The position numbers and the translations under genes are program-made. From the NCBI GenBank assembly GCA_046539845.1, contig JBKHGE010000001.1, positions 1 to 64,000 of the forward strand: a stretch of 64,000 nt of DNA, written 5' to 3'. The stretch's first letter is position 1, and each line of letters begins with the position of its first letter. Below, in pieces: positions 49,560 through 58,941 of this stretch. The notes under the pieces were generated by a model. The model saw nothing but the letters and a program-made list of their open reading frames with translations. It was not told the DNA's origin and ran no database searches. This DNA is from Desulfonatronovibrionaceae bacterium (GTDB lineage: Bacteria > Desulfobacterota > Desulfovibrionia > Desulfovibrionales > Desulfonatronovibrionaceae).

Positions 49560-51008
49560 CTAACTTCTCAGGGTATCCACTTTCGATCCCTTGGAATCAA
49601 AGACGTTTACTTCAACATTTACACCGCCGTCCAGGCGGTGTGTAGCACAGCTCATTCACGGGTCATAGGCGCGAATAGCCATCTCAATGCGGTTGAGCAT
49701 GCCCTGATCGTAACTGCCGTCCTTGATCAGTGCCTTGGCCGCCTGTTTGACCGACAGGTTCATGGGCGCGTTGTTGTGCGTGGTACCCACAATCAAATTA
49801 GCCATGGTCACCTGCCCCTTGTCGTCGGTCTTGTAGTGGTGCAGCAGGGTCCCGCGCGGGGCCTCGACACACCCGACACCCTCGCCCGCCTTGGGTTCGA
49901 TATTGGGATCCCGGATTTCCCGGTTGGTGATTTCCGGATCGTTCAGGAGCTCTTCCGCCCTTTCACAACACTGGACCAGCTCTATCAGGCGCGCCCAATG
50001 GTAAAGAAGGGTCAAATGCGAAGGCCGGCCGAATTCCTTGCGGAAGATATCCAGTTCTTCCTGGGCCAAGGGTGTGGCCATCTTGTCGCAGACATTGATC
50101 CGGGCCAGGCAATTGGAGCGATACACCCCGACCGGATCGTTCTCGTCCAGCTTCAGATCTCCCCATTTCTTGGCATAGGGGAACTTGAGATAACTCCACG
50201 GCTCGACATGCTCGCCTATGTAATTGGTGTATTCAGAGTACTTGAACTGATCAAAGTCCCCCTTCTGGTCCATAAGCCTGAGTTCGCCATCGTAGAGCTC
50301 CAAGGCGCCGTCTTCCGGCCGGACCGTTCCTATGTATCCGGAGGGGAAAACCCCCAGGATCTTGACCGCATCCAGGTACTTGGGGAAAACCTCTTCCCGG
50401 GCGAACTTGATGGTGAACACACAGAAGTCCTTGAGTTCCTGTATCCCCTCCAAAAGCTCCTTGCGCTCATCCTCGTTCATGGGCTTGGAAAACCCGCCCG
50501 GAACAGCGGCAATCGGGTGGATCACCTTTCCGGCGAATTTTTCCAGCATCATCTGCGCCTTATAGCGCATGTGCACAACCTTCTTGGCCAGGTCCGGGTT
50601 GGCCCCGACAATCCCGACCACGTTGCGCACGGAATAGTCCTCGTCCGGCCCGATCACAAAGTCCGGGGCGGCCAGGAAATAGAAATGCAATATCTTATCC
50701 GGGATATAGGACAGCATCTGACAGAGTTCGCGCAACTTCTTGCCGGTCGGGGGGAGATTTACCCCCAGGCATTCGTCCGCGGCCTTGTTCGAGGCCAAAT
50801 GATGCTGCCAGGGGCAGATACCGCAGATGCGGTTCACAATCCGCGGGACTTCCTCCACCGGCCGACCGACAACGAATTTCTCAAAACCCCGCAGGGAGAG
50901 CACATGCAGTTTGGCATCCTCCACATTCCCGGAATCGTTCAGGTGGATGGATACACTGGCATGCCCCTCGATGCGGGATACCGGTGCAATATTTAGCGTC
51001 TTACCCAT
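49560..51008 (-). CDS. mvhA: [NiFeSe] MvhA/VhuA-type (group 3c) hydrogenase large subunit, 482 aa, Sec at UGA 49656-49658
   Basis: RIEGH, L1 RICGIC; L2 reads AYDP-UGA-MSCATH, then 25-aa extension to TAG 49560-49562. Confidence 0.92.
49621..49641 (-). promoter_or_regulatory. Putative SECIS of mvhA
   Basis: ACACCGCC[UGGAC]GGCGGUGU, loop 22 nt after UGA. Confidence 0.8.
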
Positions 51009-51018
51009 TATTTTCCTC

Positions 51019-51948
51019 CTAACCTAGCTTTTTCAGCATGCCGTGTGCTCCGCAGAAACGAGCGAGATACCCGCGGCGATCGGGCATTCCCATCGGATCA
51101 AATCCAACCGAGGCCAAGGCGCCCATGTAGTCAACCAGGGGTTTGGCATCCTTGCGGATCGGACCGTAGCAGCCCCGGCACGGCATACGGGCCTGCAGGC
51201 AACGGGGGGGCTTGCCCTTTCCGCCGCACCCGGCCCTGGTTACCGGTCCAAGGCAGAGGAATCCCTGCTCCAGCAGGCAGCGCATCTCGTTTAACGGCTT
51301 ATCCGGATCATACTCCGGGGCCTCCAGCAGACGCTTTATATCCCCGGCGCCCTTTTTGCTTTCCCTGGCAGTTGGACACTCATCGCATACCGAACGCTCG
51401 GGCATGGCGAACTCGGTCTTGCCCTCCAAAAGGGCCAGGACCGCGGCCGCTATCCAGTCCGGATGCGGCGGGCATCCCGGGACATAGATATCCACATCCA
51501 CTATTTCGTCCAGTGCATAGCACTTATCCAGGAGGGGAGGGACCTCGTTCGGGGTGTCTCCGGCATCTGTAGTGGGAGAGTCCTTGTACACAAACTGAGT
51601 AAGCTCCTCGTTTCCGTACATATTGATAAGCGCCGGAATACCTCCGTTTGTGGCGCAGGTCCCCAGGGCGATAAGGAGCTGGCACTTCTTGCGCATTTCC
51701 TTGAGGACTTCCACGTGCTCTTCGTTGCGCACGCTGCCGGAAACAATCCCTACGACTGCTTCCGGAATACTCAGCTCTTTATCCTCGCCGGTCTGACCGA
51801 AGTACTTGTGGTCCATTATTACCGGTATATGTACGAAATCCAGGTTGTTAACCAATAAATCTACTAGTATGTCGCCAATATTGAGAATGGCTATCTCACA
51901 CCCGGAACAGGCGTTCAGCCACTCCTCGGCAACAGTCACTTTGCTCAT
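51019..51948 (-). CDS. mvhG: MvhG/VhuG-type hydrogenase small subunit
   Basis: LNACSGC, GTCATNGG, PGCPP, SVCDECP, CLLEQGFLCLGP, PCRGCYG. Confidence 0.92.
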   Translation of the reverse strand: MSKVTVAEEWLNACSGCEIAILNIGDILVDLLVNNLDFVHIPVIMDHKYFGQTGEDKELSIPEAVVGIVSGSVRNEEHVEVLKEMRKKCQLLIALGTCATNGGIPALINMYGNEELTQFVYKDSPTTDAGDTPNEVPPLLDKCYALDEIVDVDIYVPGCPPHPDWIAAAVLALLEGKTEFAMPERSVCDECPTARESKKGAGDIKRLLEAPEYDPDKPLNEMRCLLEQGFLCLGPVTRAGCGGKGKPPRCLQARMPCRGCYGPIRKDAKPLVDYMGALASVGFDPMGMPDRRGYLARFCGAHGMLKKLG

Positions 51949-51981
51949 ATTCACCTCCGTATACTAACAGCCGTAAGGTTG

Positions 51982-52419
51982 CTAGGCGTTCACTGCTTGG
52001 TCGCACTTGGGACGCATCGGATTTGGTCCCAGGGACTTGATCTTCTCCGTAAACTCAGTGACCACCTCCTGAAAGCGCGGAGCTTCCGCCGAGGAGACCC
52101 ACTCGATCCGGAATCTTTCCGGGTCAATGCCCATGTCTTCCAGAACGAGCTGTATGGCCTGGGCCCTAGCCTGTGCTTTGTAATTACCATCCAGGTAATG
52201 ACATTCGCCCAGGTGTCAGCCCATGACCATTACGCCATCCGCCCCTTTTTCCAGGGCCTCAACCACCAGATTGGGATGGACCATACCTGAGCACATGACC
52301 CTTATAGCACGCATATTCGGAGGATATTGCAGTCGGGAGACCCCGGCTAGGTCGGCTCCTGCATATGCGCACCAGTTGCACAGGAATCCGACAATTACAG
52401 GTTCATAATTTTCAGCCAT
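51982..52419 (-). CDS. mvhD: MvhD/VhuD [2Fe-2S] subunit, 145 aa, Sec at UGA 52216-52218
   Basis: FLCNWCAYAGAD, RVMCSG, ADGVMVMG-UGA-HLGECHYLDGN..ERFRIEWVSSAE..LGPNP to TAG 51982-51984. Confidence 0.92.
52183..52199 (-). promoter_or_regulatory. Putative SECIS of mvhD
   Basis: AUUACC[UGGAU]GGUAAU, loop 22 nt after UGA. Confidence 0.75.
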
Positions 52420-52446
52420 GGGAACAACTCCTTATGGTTTTTTGTT

Positions 52447-55400
52447 CTATGCGCACTCCAGGGCCGCATGCAACTGAGCCCTGAGTTGTTCGTTGGTAAA
52501 ACCATGCACATAAACGCCCTTCTTGGGACAGGTGGCCTCGCAGATCCCGCAGCCCTTGCACAGGGTCTTGCTGGTCTCGATCTTCTTGTACTTCTGGCCT
52601 TCCTTTTCATACTCCACCAGTTCTATCGCCCCATAGGGACAAGTGTCCACGCAGATGGCGCAACCGTCGCAGTTCTCGGTAACGTAGGACTTGATGGAAT
52701 CCAGGGGCATCTCGGCCTGGGAAAGGATGGTCGAGGCCCTGGAAACAGCCGCCTGGGCCTGGGACACAGCCTCGTCAATAGGCTTTGGATAGTGGCAGAG
52801 TCCGGCCAGGAACATGCCGTCCACGCTCAGATCAACCGGCCGCAGCTTGGCATGGGCCTCCTGCAGGAAGCCTTCGTTATTCAGGCCGCACTTATACAAA
52901 CTGACCAGTTCTTTGTTTTCGTGGGGTACGATGGCCGAGGCCAGCACCAGATAGTCGGGACGGACCTCCACATCCCGTCCCAGGATGTGATCATAGGCCT
53001 TGACCACCAAGTCATTTCCGTCCTTGCTCACCTGGGGCTTGTTTTCCAGATCGTAACGGATAAAAACCACTCCCAGCTCGCGGGCTTTCTGGTAGAGTTC
53101 CTCGCGGGCGCCGTAGGTCCGGATATCCCTGTAGAAGACATACACCGGCATTTCCGGATTGATCTCCTTGAGTTCGATCGCCGACTCCATGGTATGCGTG
53201 CAACATACGCGGCTACAATAGGGACGGTCCGGCTCCCGGGAGCCCACGCACTGAATGAACGCGGCCGCCTTGGCCTTTTCCACGGCTGTCTTGTGCTCGC
53301 GCAGTTCAGCGTCAAAGTCGAGATGAGTAAACACACGGTCGTCCTCGGCATAGAGATACTCATTCGGCTTGTATTCCTTGGCCCCGGTGCAGATCACCCC
53401 TATTCCGTACTTGACCGCCCGGGTCTCCCCGTTGACCTCGATCTCACTGGTGAAATCACCCAGGGCGCCGGTGGCGTTCTTTATTGTCGCGTTTTTGTAG
53501 ACCTTTATATTCGGATGCTCTTCAGTCTTGGAGACCAGCTCCTGGACAAAGGGTTTTATCTCCTCGCCCTTCCAGGTCTTGTTCAGATTCCAGGCGTTGC
53601 CGCCCAGCTTGTCCGACTTCTCCAAAAGCACGGTCTCATAGCCCTGATCCGCAAGGCCGAGCGCAGACTTCATCCCGGACACTCCGCCACCTACAACCAA
53701 AGCGGTCTGGTTGACCTTGACCGACAGATGCTCCAGGGGCTGGAGCATGGAAGCCTTGGCCACAGCCATGCGGATCTGGTCCTTGGCTTTCTTTGTGGCC
53801 CTCTCCGGCTCCTTGGAATGCACCCAGCTGTTTTGATTACGGATATTGGCCATTTCAAAGAGGTACTCGTTCAGACCGGCATTTTTCAGAGTCTCCCGGA
53901 AAAGGGGCTCGTGGGTCCTGGGAGTGCAGGCGGCCACAACCACCCGGTTCAGGTTATGTTCTTTGATCTTTTCCGCAATAAGCACCTGGGTATCCTGGGA
54001 ACAGGTAAACAGGTTGTTCTCGGTAAAGACCACGTTGGGCAGGGAATTGGCATATTCAGTGACCTGCTGGACATCCACCGTGCCGGCAATGTTTATACCG
54101 CAGGAGCACACGAACACGCCCACCCGGGGCTCGTCCTGGGTGACGTCTTTTTCCTCGGGAAAGGTCTTTTCCTGGGTCAGGGTGCCGCGCTCCCGGTTCA
54201 GTGCTATTGAGGCCGCCGCTGCCGCGGAAGACGCCTCGGTTACAGACTGGGGGATATCCTTGGGGGCCTGAAAGCAGCCGCTGGCATAGATGCCCGGGAC
54301 GTTAGTGGAGACCGGATCAAAGCTGGAAGCTTGGGCAAAATTGTATTTATCCAGTTTAATGCCCATGTCCTTGGCCAGCTCCACCGCATCGGTATCAGTC
54401 TGCAGGCCGACCGAGAGCACGAACATATCGAACTCTTCCTTGATCCGCTCCTGCTTCTGGTCATCAAAATATTCCAGGATCACTCCACCGTCCGGGTTGG
54501 GATACACGGTGTGAATCCGGCTCTGAATAAAACGGGTGCCGTCTTTTTGGGCCTTTTCGTAGTAAGCCTCGAACTCTTTGCCGTGGGTGCGCATGTCCAT
54601 ATAAAATATGGCGGTCTCTACTCCGCCGGAGACATGCTCATTGGTGACCATGGCCTGCTTTATGGCGTACATGCAGCACACCGAGGAACAGTACCCGTTG
54701 TCGCAACGGTTGATATTCCTGGAACCCACGCACTGCAGCCAGGCGATCTTTTTGGGCTCCTTGCCGTCCGAGGGGCGTTGCAGGTGGCCCATGCACGGGC
54801 CGCCGGCCGAAAGGAGTCTTTCATACTCCAGACTGGTGACCACGTCTTTGAATTTGGAGTAGGCGTAGTGATCAAAAATAGAAGGATCAAAGGCCTTGAA
54901 GCCCGGGGACATGACCACGGAACCGACCTGTACTTCGTGAATCTTATCCTTGTGTTCAGCGTCAAAATCAATGGCGCTCGCCGGGCAGTATTTCTCGCAG
55001 GCCCGGCATTTCCCCTTCTGGACAAAGATGCAAGTGTCCGGGTCAATGGCGTATTTAAGGGGCACGGTCTGGCCGTACTTGATGTAGGCCGCCTTGCGTT
55101 TGTTTAGTCCCTCGTTGAACTCATCCGGGACCTTCTTCGGGCAACGCTCCGCGCATTCCCCGCAGGCGATACACTTGTCCATGTCCACATAGCGGGGCTT
55201 TTCCCGAACAGTTACGGTAAAATTCCCCTCTTCACCCTCAATCTTCTCCACCTCGCTCAAGGTCAGAAGCTGAATGTTCAAGTGCCGACCGCACTCGACC
55301 AACTTGGGCGAGATAATTCACATAGCACAGTCATTGGTGGGGAAGGTCTTGTCCAGCTGGGCCATGGCACCGCCAATCCCAGCCGTCTTCTCCACCAGAT

Positions 55401-55497
55401 AAACGAAATAGCCTGCGTCAGCCATGTCCAGAGCGGACTGGATGCCGGCTATACCTCCACCGACAACCATGACTGCGCCAACTTTTTCTTTAGACAT
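52447..55497 (-). CDS. hdrA: Large (1016 aa) HdrA-like flavoprotein with two FAD modules, Sec60 at UGA 55318-55320
   Basis: [41 protein letters not shown] in frame with 52447-55302; GGGxxG, QCVGSR and YCSxVCC each twice; ferredoxin motifs. Confidence 0.9.
55278..55298 (-). promoter_or_regulatory. Putative SECIS of hdrA
   Basis: UCGAGUGC[GGUCG]GCACUUGA 8-bp stem (one G-U), loop 27 nt after UGA. Confidence 0.55.
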
Positions 55498-55914
55498 GCT
55501 AAACCCCCTTTGCCAGTTGTTGTTTGTTAGCTTGCTCGGGCCGGAACCTACCCCGGATCCGGCGCTCGGTGTAAGCGTGCTATCCCATCCGCATCTTAAG
55601 GATTGGATTCCTTAATATTTTACCGGCGAAAATATTTAGGTAGTAAATAGCGCATGATTTTAAAAAATGCTAGTCTTTCTTGGAACAAAACAAAAAAAAA
55701 CAATCACAAGTTACAAAAAAACGTAACACCGAAGCTGGATTCGGTCTAGCTTGCAGCCTTGTTTCCGCTGGAAATTTAAATGCCAACTAGCATAGATCAA
55801 GGCCGTTTAAGACCATCTCCCGGCAAAGTTCTGGGCGGCAGTCGGTTGCCTCCGGTGCCGATTTGGGCTAAGTCAAGGCCATACATTAATTTCCCGCAAA
55901 CGGATCAGGACCCC

Positions 55915-56670
55915 ATGCCAGAAAAGATCTCTTTTCCCCCTCCAAAGGCAATACCGGCGCTAAAGGCGGCTATTATATTTTTGGCCCTGCTTTTGACTAT
56001 AGTTTTAACCGGCTGCGGCAAAAGCAGACTGCCTGGTCCGTCTCAAAAGCCATCTGAAGCAAAAGACGGCACCTACCGGGAATACACAATCGGATCCAAG
56101 CGATACCGGCCCATGAGTTCTTCCACTGGATACACGGAAAAAGGCATAGCCTCCTGGTACGGGAAAAAGTTTCACGGCAAAACCACTGCCAACGGGGAAT
56201 CCTACGACATGTACGCCATGACCGCGGCGCACAAGGTCCTGCCCATGAACACCAGGGTGCGGGTGACCAATGTGGAAAACAGCAAAAGTATTGTAGTCCG
56301 CATCAATGACCGCGGCCCGTTTGTCAAGGATCGGGTGATAGACCTCTCCTATGCCGCAGCCCAAAAGTTAGAAGTGGTCGGACCGGGTACGGCCCGGGTC
56401 AGACTGGAGGCCCTGGGGAAATGTCCCCGGGACATAGCCGGTGAATTCTATGTGCAGGTGGGATCGTTTACCGTGAAACCCAATGCCCAGTACCTGGAGG
56501 AAAAACTCAAGGAACGCGGATACAGCGCTAGCCGCATCGTGCGCGCGGAGTTGAACAACCGCACCTTCTGGAGGGTGCAGGCCGGGAAGTTCAGCTCCCT
56601 GTCCCGAGCTCGGCAAGCGGCCGGACGCCTAGAGACGAACTACCCCGAGGCCTTTGTTATTGCGGATTGA
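55915..56670 (+). CDS. rlpA: Septal ring lytic transglycosylase RlpA family lipoprotein with SPOR domain
   Basis: Lipobox LTGC, GIASWYG, TAAHKVLP, INDRGPF, VQVGSF. Confidence 0.92.
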   Translation: MPEKISFPPPKAIPALKAAIIFLALLLTIVLTGCGKSRLPGPSQKPSEAKDGTYREYTIGSKRYRPMSSSTGYTEKGIASWYGKKFHGKTTANGESYDMYAMTAAHKVLPMNTRVRVTNVENSKSIVVRINDRGPFVKDRVIDLSYAAAQKLEVVGPGTARVRLEALGKCPRDIAGEFYVQVGSFTVKPNAQYLEEKLKERGYSASRIVRAELNNRTFWRVQAGKFSSLSRARQAAGRLETNYPEAFVIAD

Positions 56671-56944
56671 TCTCGTTCCTGAATTTGCGGGAGAGCCTGA
56701 AAACCACAACCGTGCGCCCCGGCAGGGTTATACTCTCCTCTGTCTGCGGATTCCTGCCTTTTCTGGGCTTTTTGTCGTAGGCCTCGAACTTGCCGAAACC
56801 ACTGACCAAAAGGGAATAATCATTCTTTATTCCCCTTTTCATGATGGAGATCAAATCCTCAACGATATCCTTGACTTCCGCTCTATTCATGTCAAAGGAT
56901 TCGTAGATCTCGTCCACTATTTTCGCCTTGGTCAGAGTACCCAT
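56657..56944 (-). CDS. ihfA: Integration host factor alpha-like (HU/IHF family)
   Basis: TLTKAKIV, SGFGKF, RKGRNPQT, VVVFR. Confidence 0.85.
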   Translation of the reverse strand: MGTLTKAKIVDEIYESFDMNRAEVKDIVEDLISIMKRGIKNDYSLLVSGFGKFEAYDKKPRKGRNPQTEESITLPGRTVVVFRLSRKFRNEINPQ

Positions 56945-56969
56945 GTTCCAGCTCCAGCAATGTTTGATT

Positions 56970-57386
56970 TTAGACACTAATCTGTCCGCGGATCCCGGCC
57001 GCGGCCTCCTCCATGGCCTGATCACTCTCGTATACGCCCTGTTTCCACAAGCTCAAGTTATCACCCCTGTATCTGGGGATCAAATGAAAATGGGCGTGAA
57101 AAACAAGCTGTCCGGCAGCCTCGTGGACATTCATACCCAGATTAACCCCGTCCGCAAAAAGACCGCTCATCATGGCTGCGGCTATCTCCTTTTGCGCCGC
57201 AAGGAGGCTTTTACCGAGATCAGCGGGCACATCCAACAAAGTAGGATAGTGCTTTTTGGGGATCAGCACGGTGTGCCCCGGCTGAACCGGGGAAATATCC
57301 AGAAAACCCAAAACAGTCTCGGTTTCTAGGACCGTTTTGCTTGGAATCTCTCCTTGAACCACACGGCAGAAAATGCAATCATGCAT
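56970..57386 (-). CDS. HIT family nucleotide hydrolase
   Basis: DCIFC, FLDISP, GHTVLIPK, HAHFHLIPR. Confidence 0.92.
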   Translation of the reverse strand: MHDCIFCRVVQGEIPSKTVLETETVLGFLDISPVQPGHTVLIPKKHYPTLLDVPADLGKSLLAAQKEIAAAMMSGLFADGVNLGMNVHEAAGQLVFHAHFHLIPRYRGDNLSLWKQGVYESDQAMEEAAAGIRGQISV

Positions 57387-57541
57387 GGCTTAGCCTCCGG
57401 GGATCGCAGCCCGCAGCAGATCTGCGGCATATTTGGCCCGACTTTAGGCACAGGCAACGTAGTAACTAACGCTACCCGAGCATTTCTTTTTTTGCAAGCA
57501 CTGAGTTTTTTTGTCTGTTTATCTATTACGAGGATGCAGCC

Positions 57542-58588
57542 ATGCATATAGTTTGCTTCCAGCACCCGGAACCGCTTCGGCCCAGACAGCGGCTGATACC
57601 GGCCTTCATCCCCTTTGCAGGTTGCCCGGGACGCTGCATATACTGCGCCCAGCACGAACAGACCGGTGAGTTCGGAGGTTCTGTGCAAAAAAGCCTGGCC
57701 CGGCTGGAGGCCGACCTTGCCGCCCGACAGAGGAAAGGCCAGACAGGCGCCCAGCTCGCATTCTACGGAGGGACGTTCACGGCCCTGCCGGACCGCTGGC
57801 AAAGGCGTTTTTTACTCCTGGCTGAAAAATACCGTGATAAAGGTCTTATCCACCATGTGCGCTGCTCCACCCGTCCGGACTGCATCGACCGGACCGGACT
57901 AAAGACCCTGAAGGAGATGGGTCTGGACATGGTCGAGCTGGGAGTCCAGAGCTTTTGTGATCCTGTCCTTCAAAAAAGCGGCCGGGGACACAGCTCTAAG
58001 GATTCCGAACTGGCCTGTGCATTAATCCGCCGGTCCGGCCTGGAATTGGGTCTGCAGATGCTTCCCGGTCTCCCCGGACATACACCCGCGCAATTTATGC
58101 AGGATATGGACCGCGTGGCCCGCCTAGCACCGTCCACTCTGCGCATCTACCCCTGTCTGGTCATCGGAAAGACCGAATTGACCCGCATGTGGGAGAGAGG
58201 GGAATATGCCCCATGGGGACTAAAGAAGACGATCCACGTCGTATCCCTTGCCCTGCCCAGCCTGTGGGAGCGGGGAATAGCGGTCATCCGCATAGGTCTG
58301 GCCCCGGAAAAGACCATGCTCGCCGGATTGCGCGCCGGCCCATGGCACCCAGCTATGGGTAGTATCTGCAGGGGAAGGGCCCTGAAGGATATCTTTTTGA
58401 CCCGGGCGGCGGCAATGCCCGCAGGGGTAAGCAGGGTCCTTCTGCCCAAAAAGTATGTCTCTGATTTCTGGGGATACAGGGGGGAGAACAAAAAAGACCT
58501 GCGCAGGGCGGGTTTAAACCCTGCAGGGGTAAAGACGCACAAAGACAGGTCCTTCGTTTTGATCGGTCCGACACCCAGGGGAGAATAA
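57542..58588 (+). CDS. Radical SAM protein (Elp3/HemN-like core)
   Basis: CPGRCIYC, FYGGTFT, STRPD, ELGVQS, RIYP. Confidence 0.85.
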   Translation: MHIVCFQHPEPLRPRQRLIPAFIPFAGCPGRCIYCAQHEQTGEFGGSVQKSLARLEADLAARQRKGQTGAQLAFYGGTFTALPDRWQRRFLLLAEKYRDKGLIHHVRCSTRPDCIDRTGLKTLKEMGLDMVELGVQSFCDPVLQKSGRGHSSKDSELACALIRRSGLELGLQMLPGLPGHTPAQFMQDMDRVARLAPSTLRIYPCLVIGKTELTRMWERGEYAPWGLKKTIHVVSLALPSLWERGIAVIRIGLAPEKTMLAGLRAGPWHPAMGSICRGRALKDIFLTRAAAMPAGVSRVLLPKKYVSDFWGYRGENKKDLRRAGLNPAGVKTHKDRSFVLIGPTPRGE

Positions 58589-58719
58589 AACCATTACAGC
58601 CACGCCACCAAGGCTGGGAACTCCGGGGCAGGGCGGATTAATCCCACTGCACGAACCTCGGACAGTCAAAAAGATCCGTGAAGGAAACCAGTACCTTACG
58701 GCAAGGAGTCAAAAATTTC

Positions 58720-58872
58720 TTAATGGTGCTCCTCGTCCATTCCCTCTTTAATCCGATACAGGGCAGCGGCCACAATGGCCACAAAAAAGGTGAAGATTCC
58801 AATGACTCCGAAATATCCGGGGGTGGTGCTGTGCAGCATATTTCTGATCAGCTCGAGCAATACATTGTCCAT
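58720..58872 (-). CDS. 50-aa single-TM small protein, absent from ORF track
   Basis: MDNVLLELIRNMLHSTTPGYFGVIGIFTFFVAIVAAALYRIKEGMDEEHH; SD AGGAGG 7 nt upstream. Confidence 0.75.
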   Translation of the reverse strand: MDNVLLELIRNMLHSTTPGYFGVIGIFTFFVAIVAAALYRIKEGMDEEHH

Positions 58873-58941
58873 GACCTGACCTCCTGCTAAAAAGCCTGTT
58901 TTGATTCTGTTAGGACTGACACTTAATCCGATTCCGGGCGG

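Noticed and set aside
47460..54210. Long + strand ORFs (47460-48911, 49638-50996, 52468-54210)
   Set aside because: Antisense shadows of lepA, mvhA and hdrA with no recognisable motifs; expected from codon bias
49656..55320. Pseudogene interpretation of hdrA, mvhD and mvhA
   Set aside because: All three stops are UGA at conserved Cys positions with downstream hairpins and otherwise intact frames
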